A stretch of DNA of 32,917 bases from contig NC_068996.1 of NCBI RefSeq assembly GCF_001194135.2, forward strand, positions 11,846,848 to 11,879,764, given 5' to 3'. The position numbers were made by a program, and so were the translations under genes. The notes beneath the pieces are model-generated. The model made no database searches and was not told the origin of the DNA. It was given only the letters and a program-made list of their open reading frames with translations. Source of the DNA: Octopus bimaculoides. Taxonomy: Eukaryota. The first letter of the stretch is position 1, and each line of letters opens with the position of its first letter. This document shows, piece by piece, positions 1-11,277 of this stretch.

Positions 1-32
1 TGTGCTGTGGTTTGCTGTGGTGCTCTTATGTT

Positions 33-42
33 TACTATTATT

Positions 43-106
<64 letters not shown>

Positions 107-230
107 TCACTGCTTGCAATCGAACTCGGGGTTAGCGCGCGTTCTTAACCACTACGCCAAGATGAGGAGAAATATCCGTCAAATGTAAATAATGTACAAA
201 ATTCCTCATCTCTTAAATATAGAACTGTAC
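33..230. mobile_element. Partial copy of a palindromic tRNA-headed repeat: (ATT)n, tRNA-like head on the minus strand, then a terminal arm
   Basis: 104-159 matches 7112-7178 (caggtcactgc..aatcgaactcgg..cttaaccactacgcca). 161-230 matches 7228-7262 and is the reverse complement of 6928-6992. Confidence 0.75.
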
Positions 231-315
231 ACCGAAGTTGTTCTGAATTTAGCGCGAAACAATTCAGAACGCCAGCAGACTCCAACGTGACGAGTTGAAT
301 TTTTCACCTGGTAAG

Positions 316-369
316 ACTTGCTGAAGAGAGTTAAGGTTTTTCGACAAAACTCGAAATCATGGAACAAGT
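316..369 (+). ncRNA. Degenerate type I hammerhead-ribozyme-like motif
   Basis: ACUUG-CUGAAGA-GAGUU..AACUC-GAA-AUCAUGGA-A-CAAGU. Stem I (5 bp), stem II (5 bp) and the core are intact, but the U16.1 position is A. Confidence 0.4.
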
Positions 370-540
370 ATATCCAAATACCAAACTATATAGCATTAAG
401 CTGTGATGGTAGGTCAAAATTATTTATTTGCACATTTTCCCGACTACTGTTGCTATCTATAAGTTGAGGGTTTTATCTCCACTTTCTAGCAGGTAGGCGC
501 TTCGTGTGTCCTTGTGATGCCGAAATTGCAAAGATAATCT

Positions 541-580
541 GGACCTCGACTGAAGAGAGTAAACTCCGAATGACCTGTCC
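541..580 (+). ncRNA. Degenerate hammerhead-like motif
   Basis: GGAC..CUGAAGA-GAG UAAA CUC-C-GAA..GUCC. Core 5' half and stem II present; stem III and GAAA imperfect. Confidence 0.3.
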
Positions 581-692
581 GTGTTTTATTTGTATCTTCT
601 ATCTGTATGTTTTGTCCCTTTCTTGTATCACCTAAACTGTCTGGATGTTTTGCGTTCTTGTCCCATTCTGTATTATTTATATATATATATAT

Positions 693-1363
693 NNNNNNNN
701 NNNNNNNNNNNNNNNNNNNNNNNNNNNNNNNNNNNNNNNNNNNNNNNNNNNNNNNNNNNNNNNNNNNNNNNNNNNNNNNNNNNNNNNNNNNNNNNNNNNN
801 NNNNNNNNNNNNNNNNNNNNNNNNNNNNNNNNNNNNNNNNNNNNNNNNNNNNNNNNNNNNNNNNNNNNNNNNNNNNNNNNNNNNNNNNNNNNNNNNNNNN
901 NNNNNNNNNNNNNNNNNNNNNNNNNNNNNNNNNNNNNNNNNNNNNNNNNNNNNNNNNNNNNNNNNNNNNNNNNNNNNNNNNNNNNNNNNNNNNNNNNNNN
1001 NNNNNNNNNNNNNNNNNNNNNNNNNNNNNNNNNNNNNNNNNNNNNNNNNNNNNNNNNNNNNNNNNNNNNNNNNNNNNNNNNNNNNNNNNNNNNNNNNNNN
1101 NNNNNNNNNNNNNNNNNNNNNNNNNNNNNNNNNNNNNNNNNNNNNNNNNNNNNNNNNNNNNNNNNNNNNNNNNNNNNNNNNNNNNNNNNNNNNNNNNNNN
1201 NNNNNNNNNNNNNNNNNNNNNNNNNNNNNNNNNNNNNNNNNNNNNNNNNNNNNNNNNNNNNNNNNNNNNNNNNNNNNNNNNNNNNNNNNNNNNNNNNNNN
1301 NNNNNNNNNNNNNNNNNNNNNNNNNNNNNNNNNNNNNNNNNNNNNNNNNNNNNNNNNNNNNNN
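693..1363. other. Assembly gap (N-run)
   Basis: Run of N preceded by (TA)n. Confidence 0.99.
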
Positions 1364-1864
1364 CTCCCTCCCTCATCATACAACTTCGGAACTATTTTGG
1401 CCAATTTGTTTTTGCACTTCAAAATCGTGGGAAGAGCATTTTCGGTAAATTTTTTTTTTTCACTGTTAATATTTCCAGAGGGAGAAGTGAGTGATTTAAG
1501 GGCGATTTGGTTGTTGCTTCTAGCATATCCAAAGACAACTCTCCTCGTTTCTTTATCACTCTTGCATGTTTTTCAATATTTTTTCTCCATAAATACATTT
1601 ATATGCTATAAAAAAGAAAATTTAAGAAACTATGAATTTTTTTGCAACCCCACTCCTTCCCCCCGATTGTTTCTGTTTAGAAATTAAAATATTGGAGAAC
1701 CTGGGAAGGTCATTGCTGCCATTTATCCACAGGGATTTTTAAAAATTACAGAGATGTACTTTCATAGCAAGTGACTTCATCTGAGATCGTGGGCTGAAAC
1801 AAAAACAATTGCTGCGTAGATGTTTGTAAGCCATTCAAGAACACACAGAAACCGTTAGTTTCAC

Positions 1865-2104
1865 GGTTCTACTTAAATCCAGAGGTCCCGATGCATCTAC
1901 GTAACGATATGAAGGGGAGGATTAGTTTTAGGGTTAGTTTTGAGGGTTAAGGTTAGGGCTAGTTTTATGTTTAATTAGGGTTAGGGTGTCATTATACGTC
2001 CACACAGCGTACATTCAAAATGTTTTGTAGGTAACACCTACATTTAAGTAGTCCCTCCGTATTTAAGTAATACCGTTAAGGGACCTCTGTATTGAAGTAG
2101 CACC
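1865..2104. mobile_element. MITE with 25-bp GG-ended TIRs, 8-bp TSD and internal degenerate TTAGGG repeats (Merlin-like)
   Basis: TIR ggttctacttaaatccagaggtccc (1865-1889) vs reverse complement of 2080-2104, 22/25 match. Flanks agtttcac (1857-1864) and agtttcgc (2105-2112). ttagggtt-like units at ~1922-1987. Confidence 0.75.
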
Positions 2105-2168
2105 AGTTTCGCTTCAACATTAAAATTTCATTTGTGCCAAAATATTTTCTTCGCTTTGAAACCGCGAC

Positions 2169-2339
<171 letters not shown>

Positions 2340-2598
2340 GCACGCATGCACACACACATTCATTGCCTTTCATTTGTGCGTATGTACATCCACGTGTGTG
2401 CCCGAGTGTATCACTGCTGAAGTCGCTTGTGCGACTTGTTTGTGTATATATTGGTTTAGTAGTACAGAGTGTTTGGAAACTGAATAAGGTTCAAGTTTGG
2501 AGTACTTGTCAGTAACCTTTTTTTCTCCTCGTCTTCTAATAATAATTATCCAACTTTCTAGGCTCTTCTCACACTATCCCGCGTTCAATAAATACTAA

Positions 2599-2685
2599 AT
2601 TACGTATACATTAATAGAATAATAAATAATATATTACTTATACATTAATAGAATAATAAAAAATATATTACGTATACATTAATAG
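2599..2685. repeat. 34-bp AT-rich minisatellite, ~2.6 copies
   Basis: attacgtatacattaatagaataataaa.. units start at 2599, 2633 and 2667. Confidence 0.85.
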
Positions 2686-3030
2686 TATAAACTGTCGGTT
2701 TTCCAAACAGCGAATGAAAACTTAAAAGAAATAGTGAGAGACTTTGCAAATGAGAAAGGAATACTCCGCAGTGAATGCAATGAATATTTAAATTTGTGAA
2801 ATGGACGCAGTGAATATTTAAATTTGCGAGAATAGGAGTTAAGAGAATTCAAGAAACTTGAGAAATCGAAAATATAGGAAATTACTTAGAACATGAATTT
2901 ATAAAGATATTTCCAAGTGGTTAACCCTTTAATAATTGCTTTCTTTTAGTTCTTTACTAATTGTTACATACCTAATTAATAAACAGCTATCCCCATTATA
3001 GTATATATATATATATATATATATATATAT

Positions 3031-3871
3031 NNNNNNNNNNNNNNNNNNNNNNNNNNNNNNNNNNNNNNNNNNNNNNNNNNNNNNNNNNNNNNNNNNNNNN
3101 NNNNNNNNNNNNNNNNNNNNNNNNNNNNNNNNNNNNNNNNNNNNNNNNNNNNNNNNNNNNNNNNNNNNNNNNNNNNNNNNNNNNNNNNNNNNNNNNNNNN
3201 NNNNNNNNNNNNNNNNNNNNNNNNNNNNNNNNNNNNNNNNNNNNNNNNNNNNNNNNNNNNNNNNNNNNNNNNNNNNNNNNNNNNNNNNNNNNNNNNNNNN
3301 NNNNNNNNNNNNNNNNNNNNNNNNNNNNNNNNNNNNNNNNNNNNNNNNNNNNNNNNNNNNNNNNNNNNNNNNNNNNNNNNNNNNNNNNNNNNNNNNNNNN
3401 NNNNNNNNNNNNNNNNNNNNNNNNNNNNNNNNNNNNNNNNNNNNNNNNNNNNNNNNNNNNNNNNNNNNNNNNNNNNNNNNNNNNNNNNNNNNNNNNNNNN
3501 NNNNNNNNNNNNNNNNNNNNNNNNNNNNNNNNNNNNNNNNNNNNNNNNNNNNNNNNNNNNNNNNNNNNNNNNNNNNNNNNNNNNNNNNNNNNNNNNNNNN
3601 NNNNNNNNNNNNNNNNNNNNNNNNNNNNNNNNNNNNNNNNNNNNNNNNNNNNNNNNNNNNNNNNNNNNNNNNNNNNNNNNNNNNNNNNNNNNNNNNNNNN
3701 NNNNNNNNNNNNNNNNNNNNNNNNNNNNNNNNNNNNNNNNNNNNNNNNNNNNNNNNNNNNNNNNNNNNNNNNNNNNNNNNNNNNNNNNNNNNNNNNNNNN
3801 NNNNNNNNNNNNNNNNNNNNNNNNNNNNNNNNNNNNNNNNNNNNNNNNNNNNNNNNNNNNNNNNNNNNNNN
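3031..3871. other. Assembly gap (N-run)
   Basis: Run of N flanked by (TA)n on both sides. Confidence 0.99.
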
Positions 3872-3914
<43 letters not shown>

Positions 3915-4579
3915 CACACATACATGTGATAGAGACAGAGACTGAGAGAGAGAGAGAGAAAGACAGCGAAGGTGAGGGTAATAGCCAGAGCAAATATACG
4001 TAAATAAAATTAGTCAGAACAGATTTACTTGATGTAAGCGAAATATTATATCACTAACAGTGCACAACAGCTCAACAGGATTTTGGAATTACATCTTTGT
4101 CTACATAAATTAAACGAACTAGGAGGATGGGCCGCCAAGTTGCCTCATGCAGAATATATGAGAGAATTATCACAAGTTACTTCATGCGTCACCTATATCT
4201 TTCTTTAAACCAACTACATCAGCTGCTGTTGAATTAAAAGCAATTACAGGTGTAAGCACAAACATGCGGCTGTTATTTATGTATCCATCTGTATACATGT
4301 TATTATTGGCCATGACACATGATATGGAGGGCCTACCAAAGCTAATGGGCAACATATATTGCTGGCTACTGCATTTTGAAACGCATCTCGGCTGCGGCCG
4401 CTGGTTGAAGAGAAGATATACTTCCCAGAAATAATAACTGTATTTGAAAGGTTGTGAAAAATTACTTCAGAATGCTCCTCTAAAGGAATATGAGTTCTGA
4501 CGCTTATGCAGATACCAGCAACTACATGATATATGAACATGTTTTGGTCTAGGTAGTAATATTTTAGTAATGTTGAATG

Positions 4580-4645
4580 AGCGGCGTGGCTGAGTGGTAA
4601 GGAGTTTACAGTGGGGGAGGTTCCTGATATTTATTCCAGGACAGT
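4580..4645 (+). mobile_element. Possible old tRNA-derived SINE head
   Basis: A-box-like GGCGTGGCTGAGTGGTAAG; no clean B box. Confidence 0.3.
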
Positions 4646-5178
4646 CTTTTTTCACAATGGCACTGTATATTGTTTTTGCGACAACGTCATGTCGCACAGG
4701 AAAGTAGAACCTTGATGAGATTTTGGGGCAGCCGCTAATCTCATGTGTGATATCTTTCACAGAAATATTACATGATCTACATTTAAAGTTATATCTTGGA
4801 ACTCAAAGAGCTTCACTGTCTCTTTTGCTGTTTAGGCATTTAGTAGCAAACTCCTGTTCTTGGACTGCGAACGCATAGCCTTCGAAGTGTGATGTAGCAT
4901 ATGCATGTATATCCTCTTTCTCCTTTTTAATTGATAATAAATTTTGACCGGCCACCTACTTGGTAGCAAGATTGGGAAAGAAAGTTTCTTCTTTTAACCA
5001 TTGTATTTTTAATATTAAGAAGGACATTTTTTTATAATCCCAGATATCGTGATCCTTTGTAGTCTATGAAGTAAAGATTTGCAGTCTATCCCAAAGAACA
5101 CAAGACTTATTTTGCTTCAATAATAATGGACATGAAGGTAAAAGTGTATCTAGGGAAGTGGATTTTCAAACTCCTAAT

Positions 5179-5262
5179 TGTATGTATGTACGTATGTATG
5201 TATGTATGTATGTATGTATGTATGTATGTATGTATGTATGTATGTATGTATGTACGTACGTA
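5179..5262. repeat. (TATG)n microsatellite
   Basis: Direct reading. Confidence 0.95.
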
Positions 5263-5919
5263 CGTATGTATCTGTGTGTATTTATATATGTATGTTCGTC
5301 TGTATCTAAGTATGTATACACACATATACATATATAAGCCTTTTTTAAATTAGGGGATTACCTACTTTCTCAAGGTTCATTATAAATAATTAGAGGAAAT
5401 GTATTTATCACAAATGTCTCAGGAAAATTAAATCTGAATTAACTTAAATGCTTCTGTTTAATTCGCAAATGTATATAGTTTAAATTAATATCTAATATCA
5501 TCGACTAATGTATATAATATAGCATGACATATATATTATGTTACTCACTGGCCATTTCTACTAATGAGCCTTAGGAAGAAGAGAGGTGGGGGGAACCGAA
5601 TGTGTGTTGGCGGTCCAAATTGTTAATATTCCAGATTAGAGGGGATTACATTTAATGAAAGCTATAAGCTAAGTATATGTAAACATACTTAGTATATTTA
5701 TGGAGCAAATTTTGACGCAAAGAAATCCCTTTTTAGCAAATAAGCTGGTAATGAGAAAGCAAACTAGCGAGTAGTGATTTCATGTCTTGTTAAATCTCCC
5801 TTCAAATTTAATATGGCTCAAGTTGTGTCTTTATAGCGTTTATATAGAACCGTATAATAACATTAATCTGATGTTTACTCAATGAGAAAGATCCAAATTG
5901 CCCGTGCCCACGTCCAGTT

Positions 5920-5988
5920 GCTACTGCTGCTACTACTACTACTACTACTACTACTACGCAGCTGCAGCTGCTGCTGTTGCTGCTATTG

Positions 5989-6030
<42 letters not shown>
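5920..6030. repeat. Compound (CTA)n/(CTG)n microsatellite
   Basis: Direct reading. Confidence 0.95.
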
Positions 6031-6927
6031 TTTTTGCTGAAGCCCAGGTTGATCGACCCCGAGAGAGAAGGCCTATAATCAAGTGCTGTGAGCAAACCTC
6101 TCTTTTACATATCTAGGGTTATATTACATTATTCCAATAAATTTAACCTTTTATATTCTTAAAGCTATAAGGCTGAGGTCTGCAGGCGACTGCCGTGCTA
6201 TTTTAGTGCATCCATCAGCTATGTTGCAAACGTGGACGACAACTTGATAGTGCTCCTCATACTGATGATGTTGTTGTAATTGGTGGTGGTGGTGGTGGCA
6301 GCGGTGGTGGTGGCAGTGGTGGTGGTGGTGTTGGTGGTTAACACTCAACTCACACCTTAACTAGCAGACCTACGATCAAAAAACATTTCATTGGTGACTA
6401 TCATATCCCTTTAGACGTGTTTTGAACTACGTTATTTAATGTCATCATTGCATTTTATTTGAGATGATAGCAAAAAGAGAAGTATAGCTGCAATCTCCGG
6501 AGTTGCGAGCGACAAAGTGAGGAATCCCTTGTTGGCTTACATTAAGCATACATGAAAAGTTTCTTCCTGTATCAGTCGAAACCCTATCGCGGGCAGACAC
6601 TTTCCTCCCCAACCAGTGGGTAGAAATTAGCAAGGCATTGGAATCCAATTTGGACTCGTTAGAATTTATTTTAATTTAACATTTTAGCATTTAACCTGGC
6701 CATAACCGGTCCAAATATATTACTTTTTTTTATGTTGCAACCGGCCAGATCCAATATCAAATCGCTATTCTCAAATGTCATTCTAAAAATAAGCAATCAC
6801 ACCAAAATCTTGAAGGCAGGAGATGGTACAAGACTAATTCAAAACAACAATAGATGACCATTACATTCAACAGAGTAATCTCAACGATAGAGCGTTTGGG
6901 TGTGTTATTTTTTATCTTCTTTATATC

Positions 6928-7265
6928 TGTTCTATATATAAGAAATGAGGAATTAGTTACATTATTTACATTTGACGGATATTTGTCCTCATATTGTTTG
7001 TTGTATTTTTTGATATTATTATTATTGTTATTATTATTATTATCATTATTATTATTATTATTATTAGTATTAGTATTATTTATTATTATCCTTATTATTA
7101 TTATTATTATTCAGGTCACTGCCTGGAATCGAACTCGGAATCTTGGGGTTAGTAGCCCATGCTCTTAACCACTATGCCATATACCCGTGGGTATATAGCG
7201 TAGTGGTTAAAATGAGGACAAACAAGATGAGGACAAATATCCGTCAAATGTAAATAATGTAAATA
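6928..7265. mobile_element. Palindromic (foldback) tRNA-headed element with most of the right half deleted
   Basis: Outer arms 6958-6992 and 7228-7262 are inverted. Central palindrome 7165-7186 / 7189-7210 (20/22). tRNA-like head on the minus strand at 7112-7186 with A box TGGCATAGTGG and B box GAGTTCGATTCC. (ATT)n at 7015-7111. Confidence 0.8.
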
Positions 7266-7280
7266 ATGCTCTTTATATCT

Positions 7281-7680
7281 GTTTCTTGTTTCACTTATTA
7301 GACTGCAGCCATGCTGGGACACCACCTTGAAGAATTTTAGTCGAAGGAATCGATCCCACTACATTCTTTTCAAGCCTCGTAGGTATTCTACCGATTTCGT
7401 TTGCCGCACTTCTAAATTACGGGAGGGTAAACAGACCAATACTGTTGTCAAGCAGTAGTGGGGGTACAAACACAGACACAAAGATAAGCACACATACACA
7501 CACATATACACACACATATATATATATACGACAGGCTTCTTTCAGTTTCCATCTGCCAAATCCACTCATAAAGCTTTGGTTGGCTTGAGGCTATAGTAGA
7601 AGACAATGCTCAATGTGTCATGCAGAGGGACTGAACCTGGAACTATGTGGTTGGGAAGCAAGCTTCTTAACACACAGTCA
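7281..7680 (-). mobile_element. tRNA-derived SINE, family A (CORE-like segment)
   Basis: B box GTTCAGTCCC on minus (plus 7627-7636). Homologous to 13330-13662 and 28601-28984 (gccatgctgg..ccttgaagaa..; aaatccactca..; tagtagaagacac). Confidence 0.85.
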
Positions 7681-8156
7681 TGTTGATAAATGTTATGTTT
7701 AACTTTCTACCACAGGCACCGTATTCTGTTTACTTGTTAAGAATTAAGGAGAGCCAAATACAAAAGTGCTGATTTTGAATTCAAATTCATAATGAAGCCG
7801 CATTCCTCTTCAGACCATGTTGGTATTGAAGAATGAAGGCGTTACGTATGTTTTCGTCGTCGTTTTTTGATAAGTGATAATCGTTTACGTATTCATAATA
7901 ACTGGTTACCCTTGTGACTGGAATAATGCAGCGTTTTTCTACGAGTCAATTTCCATAATATGTACACTATATCCCTTACCGTCTCCTCTAAATACAATGT
8001 CATTAATGAGCAGAATTTAGGCTAGTTGAAATATGTTTGTGACATATTTCAGCTGCTAAAAGGCAAATTCACTGCAGTAACCGTGGAGAATAAATCTCTC
8101 TTATGGTAAAAAGGTGTGAAAACATCCAGTTCGTTCAGTGTTGCCCTCTATTAGGA

Positions 8157-8204
8157 ATCTCAGACAACGATGTTTCGAGCTATTTTGTCTCTCGTCAATG
8201 AGAT
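8157..8204 (-). ncRNA. Minimal type I hammerhead ribozyme (PLE-type)
   Basis: AUCUCA-UUGACGA-GAG ACAAAAUAG CUC-GAA-ACA UCGU UGU-C-UGAGAU: 6-bp stem I, GUC cleavage triplet, C3 replaced by U. Confidence 0.7.
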
Positions 8205-8298
8205 GTACCTAAGAGAGGCAACTCTGAAGGAACTTAGAAAGTTATAGCTTTATGTATAATACAATTAACACGTTGACTGATTTGCCTATCTTGGGTAC

Positions 8299-8346
8299 AT
8301 CTCAATGACGAAAGCCAAAATAGATTGAAACATCGATGTCTGAGAT
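8299..8346 (+). ncRNA. Minimal type I hammerhead ribozyme (PLE-type), decayed
   Basis: AUCUCA-AUGACGA-AAGC CAAAAUA GAUU-GAA-ACAUCGAUGU-C-UGAGAU: palindromic stem III, predicted cleavage after C8340, C3 replaced by A. Confidence 0.65.
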
Positions 8347-8722
8347 TCCTAATAGAGGGCGACACTGAACAAACCGGTGTTTTCACACCTTTTTACCATC
8401 AAAGAGGTTTATTCTCTACGGTAACTGCAGTGTATATGCCTTTTAGAAGTTGAAATATATGACAATCATGTTTCAAGTAGCCTAAATTCTTCTCATGCCT
8501 AAACACTGCTTCGCGCTAACGCTTCAATGTCATTATTATTATCATTATTATTTTTTTTTTTTAGTCCATATATGATTTCTCATTCCTTTCGATTGGTGAT
8601 GGAATAGGATTTTAGGTGTAGTAGTTCATACATGGGAAGGTCGAAATAAAGTCACAAAATTATTCTAAGTTTTTTTTTCTCTATCTTAGTTGCGTTGCAA
8701 TTTTTTTTTTTTTTTTTTTTTT

Positions 8723-8745
8723 NNNNNNNNNNNNNNNNNNNNNNN
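8723..8745. other. Assembly gap between poly-T and (GT)n
   Basis: N-run. Confidence 0.99.
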
Positions 8746-8805
<60 letters not shown>

Positions 8806-10505
8806 GATTCACCAAGATAAATTACAGAATTCAATACGTAAATATAGAGTAAATATAGACATAATTTCTTACAGAAGTGTAAGATATCCTTCCGTATCTC
8901 ATTAAAATTGGGATATTGTAGTGTTGAAGTGGAGGTGCTGACGTTAGTTGGTCGTCGTCGTCGTGGTGCAGGGTGGGATGTGGATGAAACAAGTGACGGG
9001 TTAAGAGTAAAACACGAGAACTCAGAATGCAAAGGGCCGAAGCAAATGCCACGCGGAATCTCGTTGACTTTCTAAGAATTTCACCAATCTTTTGCTTTAT
9101 CCTGGTACCTTGTTCTATTGACCATGAAATGATGAAAATCAAAGTTGGCCTTTGTGGTGTTTGAACTCACAGCGTACAGAGAGCTCTAACAAACATTGCA
9201 AAGCGTTTTACCCTACGTCCTCACAACGCTGCCAAAGCGAAAATTCTTGTTTCGTAGGAAATTGTTGGTCTTCTCTACATGTAAAAATGGTATGAGTAAT
9301 TATTGAGAATCATATGACCGAACTAACGTAAAGATTTAAAGCAAGAGATCTCATCCATTTTTTATCTATGAACCTCTTTAATTCTTTTTTTTTTTTTACT
9401 CCGGTGGACCCTAATAGCCATGCAGTGTTTAAAAAAATATTATTGTACTTTTTTTATTAAATATTATTAAGAATTCTATTTTTAAAAATTGTTAAAAAAA
9501 TTTTATTGTAGATGTATAAACAATTTATTGCTCGTAAATTTTAACAAAAACTCTTATATGAACTCCTAAGGGCTTCATGAGAATCAGTTTTAAAGGGTTT
9601 TAACCGTGTGTTGTTCTTGTGAAGAGAAGCGGAAATATATTATTGTATGGTGTATGAAAGAATAGTGTTTTGGAGATCATTGCAAGAAATAGTGACATCA
9701 ATGTCATGTCCCCTTTGAAGCAATTTTTTGCTTTTTAGTCTGTCTTTGTTGTAGCCTTCACTCCGTAACTTTGGAGTCGTATTCACGTATATGAATGATA
9801 GACGCACAAGCATCCAAAGTATTATGCAACAGAAGTATCTGAGCAATCATTGGCACGGGTTCAAGAAGATAGTATAAAAATCTGATGTAACATATCTAGG
9901 TTATATGTGGGAGGGAAAGGTGGCATAATGTACATTTATAACGTGTGTTGTTTCAAGGGAAGACTTCCTCGTCCAAGTCCGAAAGTGCTGTGTTTGTACT
10001 ATTCTTGATTTCTCCTTCCCGAAAAATAAGCAGACACTTGGTGCTTTCTCAAATAATCGATTGATTACATATTTTTATAAAATCCATAAACAAGCAACTT
10101 GTTTCAAAATTGTACCTATTTCCTTTACCTAAAGATTTATTTTCTTATTCTGCTTTCTCATATTTCATGAAAATTTTACAGACATCCGTTTTTCATGGTT
10201 CCACCCAAAATATACCATCCGCTCCAGACAAACAACCCTCATTCATTATTCCCCTATATAAAAAAAATTAACTGGAAAAAAAAACTGTTATGCAATAAGA
10301 TTAAGAATTCTTTTCCACGGGTCATGACTGAAAATGAACGTTCTATTAAACACTGTATATGATTAATTCAGACTAAATGGCTTTCAATACTTAGACTTGG
10401 TTTTTCTTTCTTTTTTATTTGTCCTAATCCCCACCGGGTTGCCTTTCCTGCATCGTTCCTTTCCTACATAACGACAAAATAAGTACCACTTGCTGACTGA
10501 GCAGT

Positions 10506-10734
10506 CTTTTCTACTCTAGGTACAAAACCTGAAATTTTTTGGGGGTGGAGGAGGGGGTAGTCGATTAGATCGACCCCAATACGCAACTGGTACTGGGGTC
10601 GATAGTTATTTCATCGACCACAAAAGGATGAAAGGCATAGCCGACCTCGGCGGAATTTCAACTCAGAATGTAAAAACAGACGAAATACCGCTAAGCATTT
10701 CGCCCAGCATGCTAATGTTTCTGCCAGTTCGCCC
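10506..10734 (-). mobile_element. tRNA-derived SINE, family B
   Basis: Shares atcgacc..aaaggatgaaaggc..cgacctcggcggaattt..gaaat.ccgctaagcattt..ctgccag with 15285-15500, 21141-21345 and 23358-23533, and in reverse with 29017-29211 and 30278-30455. Confidence 0.85.
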
Positions 10735-10956
10735 GAGCAGTCTTGTAATAAAAAGTGTTCTAGCCATGATCATACGTTTCGAGCATTGCCAATATGGTTC
10801 TATATCATGTGACGTACTCATTCTTTTCTAAAATGATAAAAGTATGTAACATAAGATTGATTCATTAGAGGAATTTGGCTGTTGTTTCTTGCGGGTTCAT
10901 CCAGCTAACACTTAGAAACGTATCTCTCTCTCTCTCTCTCTCTTTCAACACACACA

Positions 10957-11011
<55 letters not shown>

Positions 11012-11277
11012 GTTCATATGTATGTGCGTATGTGTGTATACGTTTGTATGTATGGACTCATGCACATGTATGCATATTACACTTGTATGAATATACATAC
11101 AAGTGAACATGTAACCATGGGTGCAGGCATGGGTAGCGTTGCATACGTGGATCTTATTACTTGCTTAACTAACATGCAGCCGTTTTGGCTACTTAAACGG
11201 TGATGTATCTGTAAGACTTCAGAAATCAACTGGTTCCTTCAATGTTCTTGATTCTCGAACTAGGTCTCAACGTATAC

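Larger units (their letters stand above)
8006..8524. mobile_element. Foldback element with ~215-bp inverted arms and 11-bp TSD; Penelope-like (pLTR) relic or non-autonomous derivative
   Basis: Arms 8006-8221 and 8282-8496 are ~87% identical in inverted orientation by manual alignment, with a 60-nt spacer. CAATGTCATTA occurs at 7995-8005 and 8525-8535. Each arm contains a hammerhead motif. Confidence 0.75.

Noticed and set aside
4277-4540. 87-aa minus-strand ORF with an internal acceptor-like site
   Set aside because: No family motif recognised in any frame; cannot be supported without homology or expression data
6675-6900. Possible old TTAA/piggyBac-type MITE
   Set aside because: Termini too degenerate to demonstrate TIRs or a TSD from this single copy
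7112-7186. Functional tRNA gene
   Set aside because: A and B boxes are present but the acceptor and anticodon stems are poor; it is embedded in a repeated palindromic element and followed by (AAT)n
8831-9142. Relatively GC-rich stretch with minus-strand ORFs and a GTAAGA donor-like site
   Set aside because: No recognisable protein, and it overlaps a decayed SINE B remnant at ~9100-9235
9640-9846. 68-aa minus-strand ORF with a hydrophobic N-terminus
   Set aside because: Short, no recognisable domain or convincing splice donor; expected by chance
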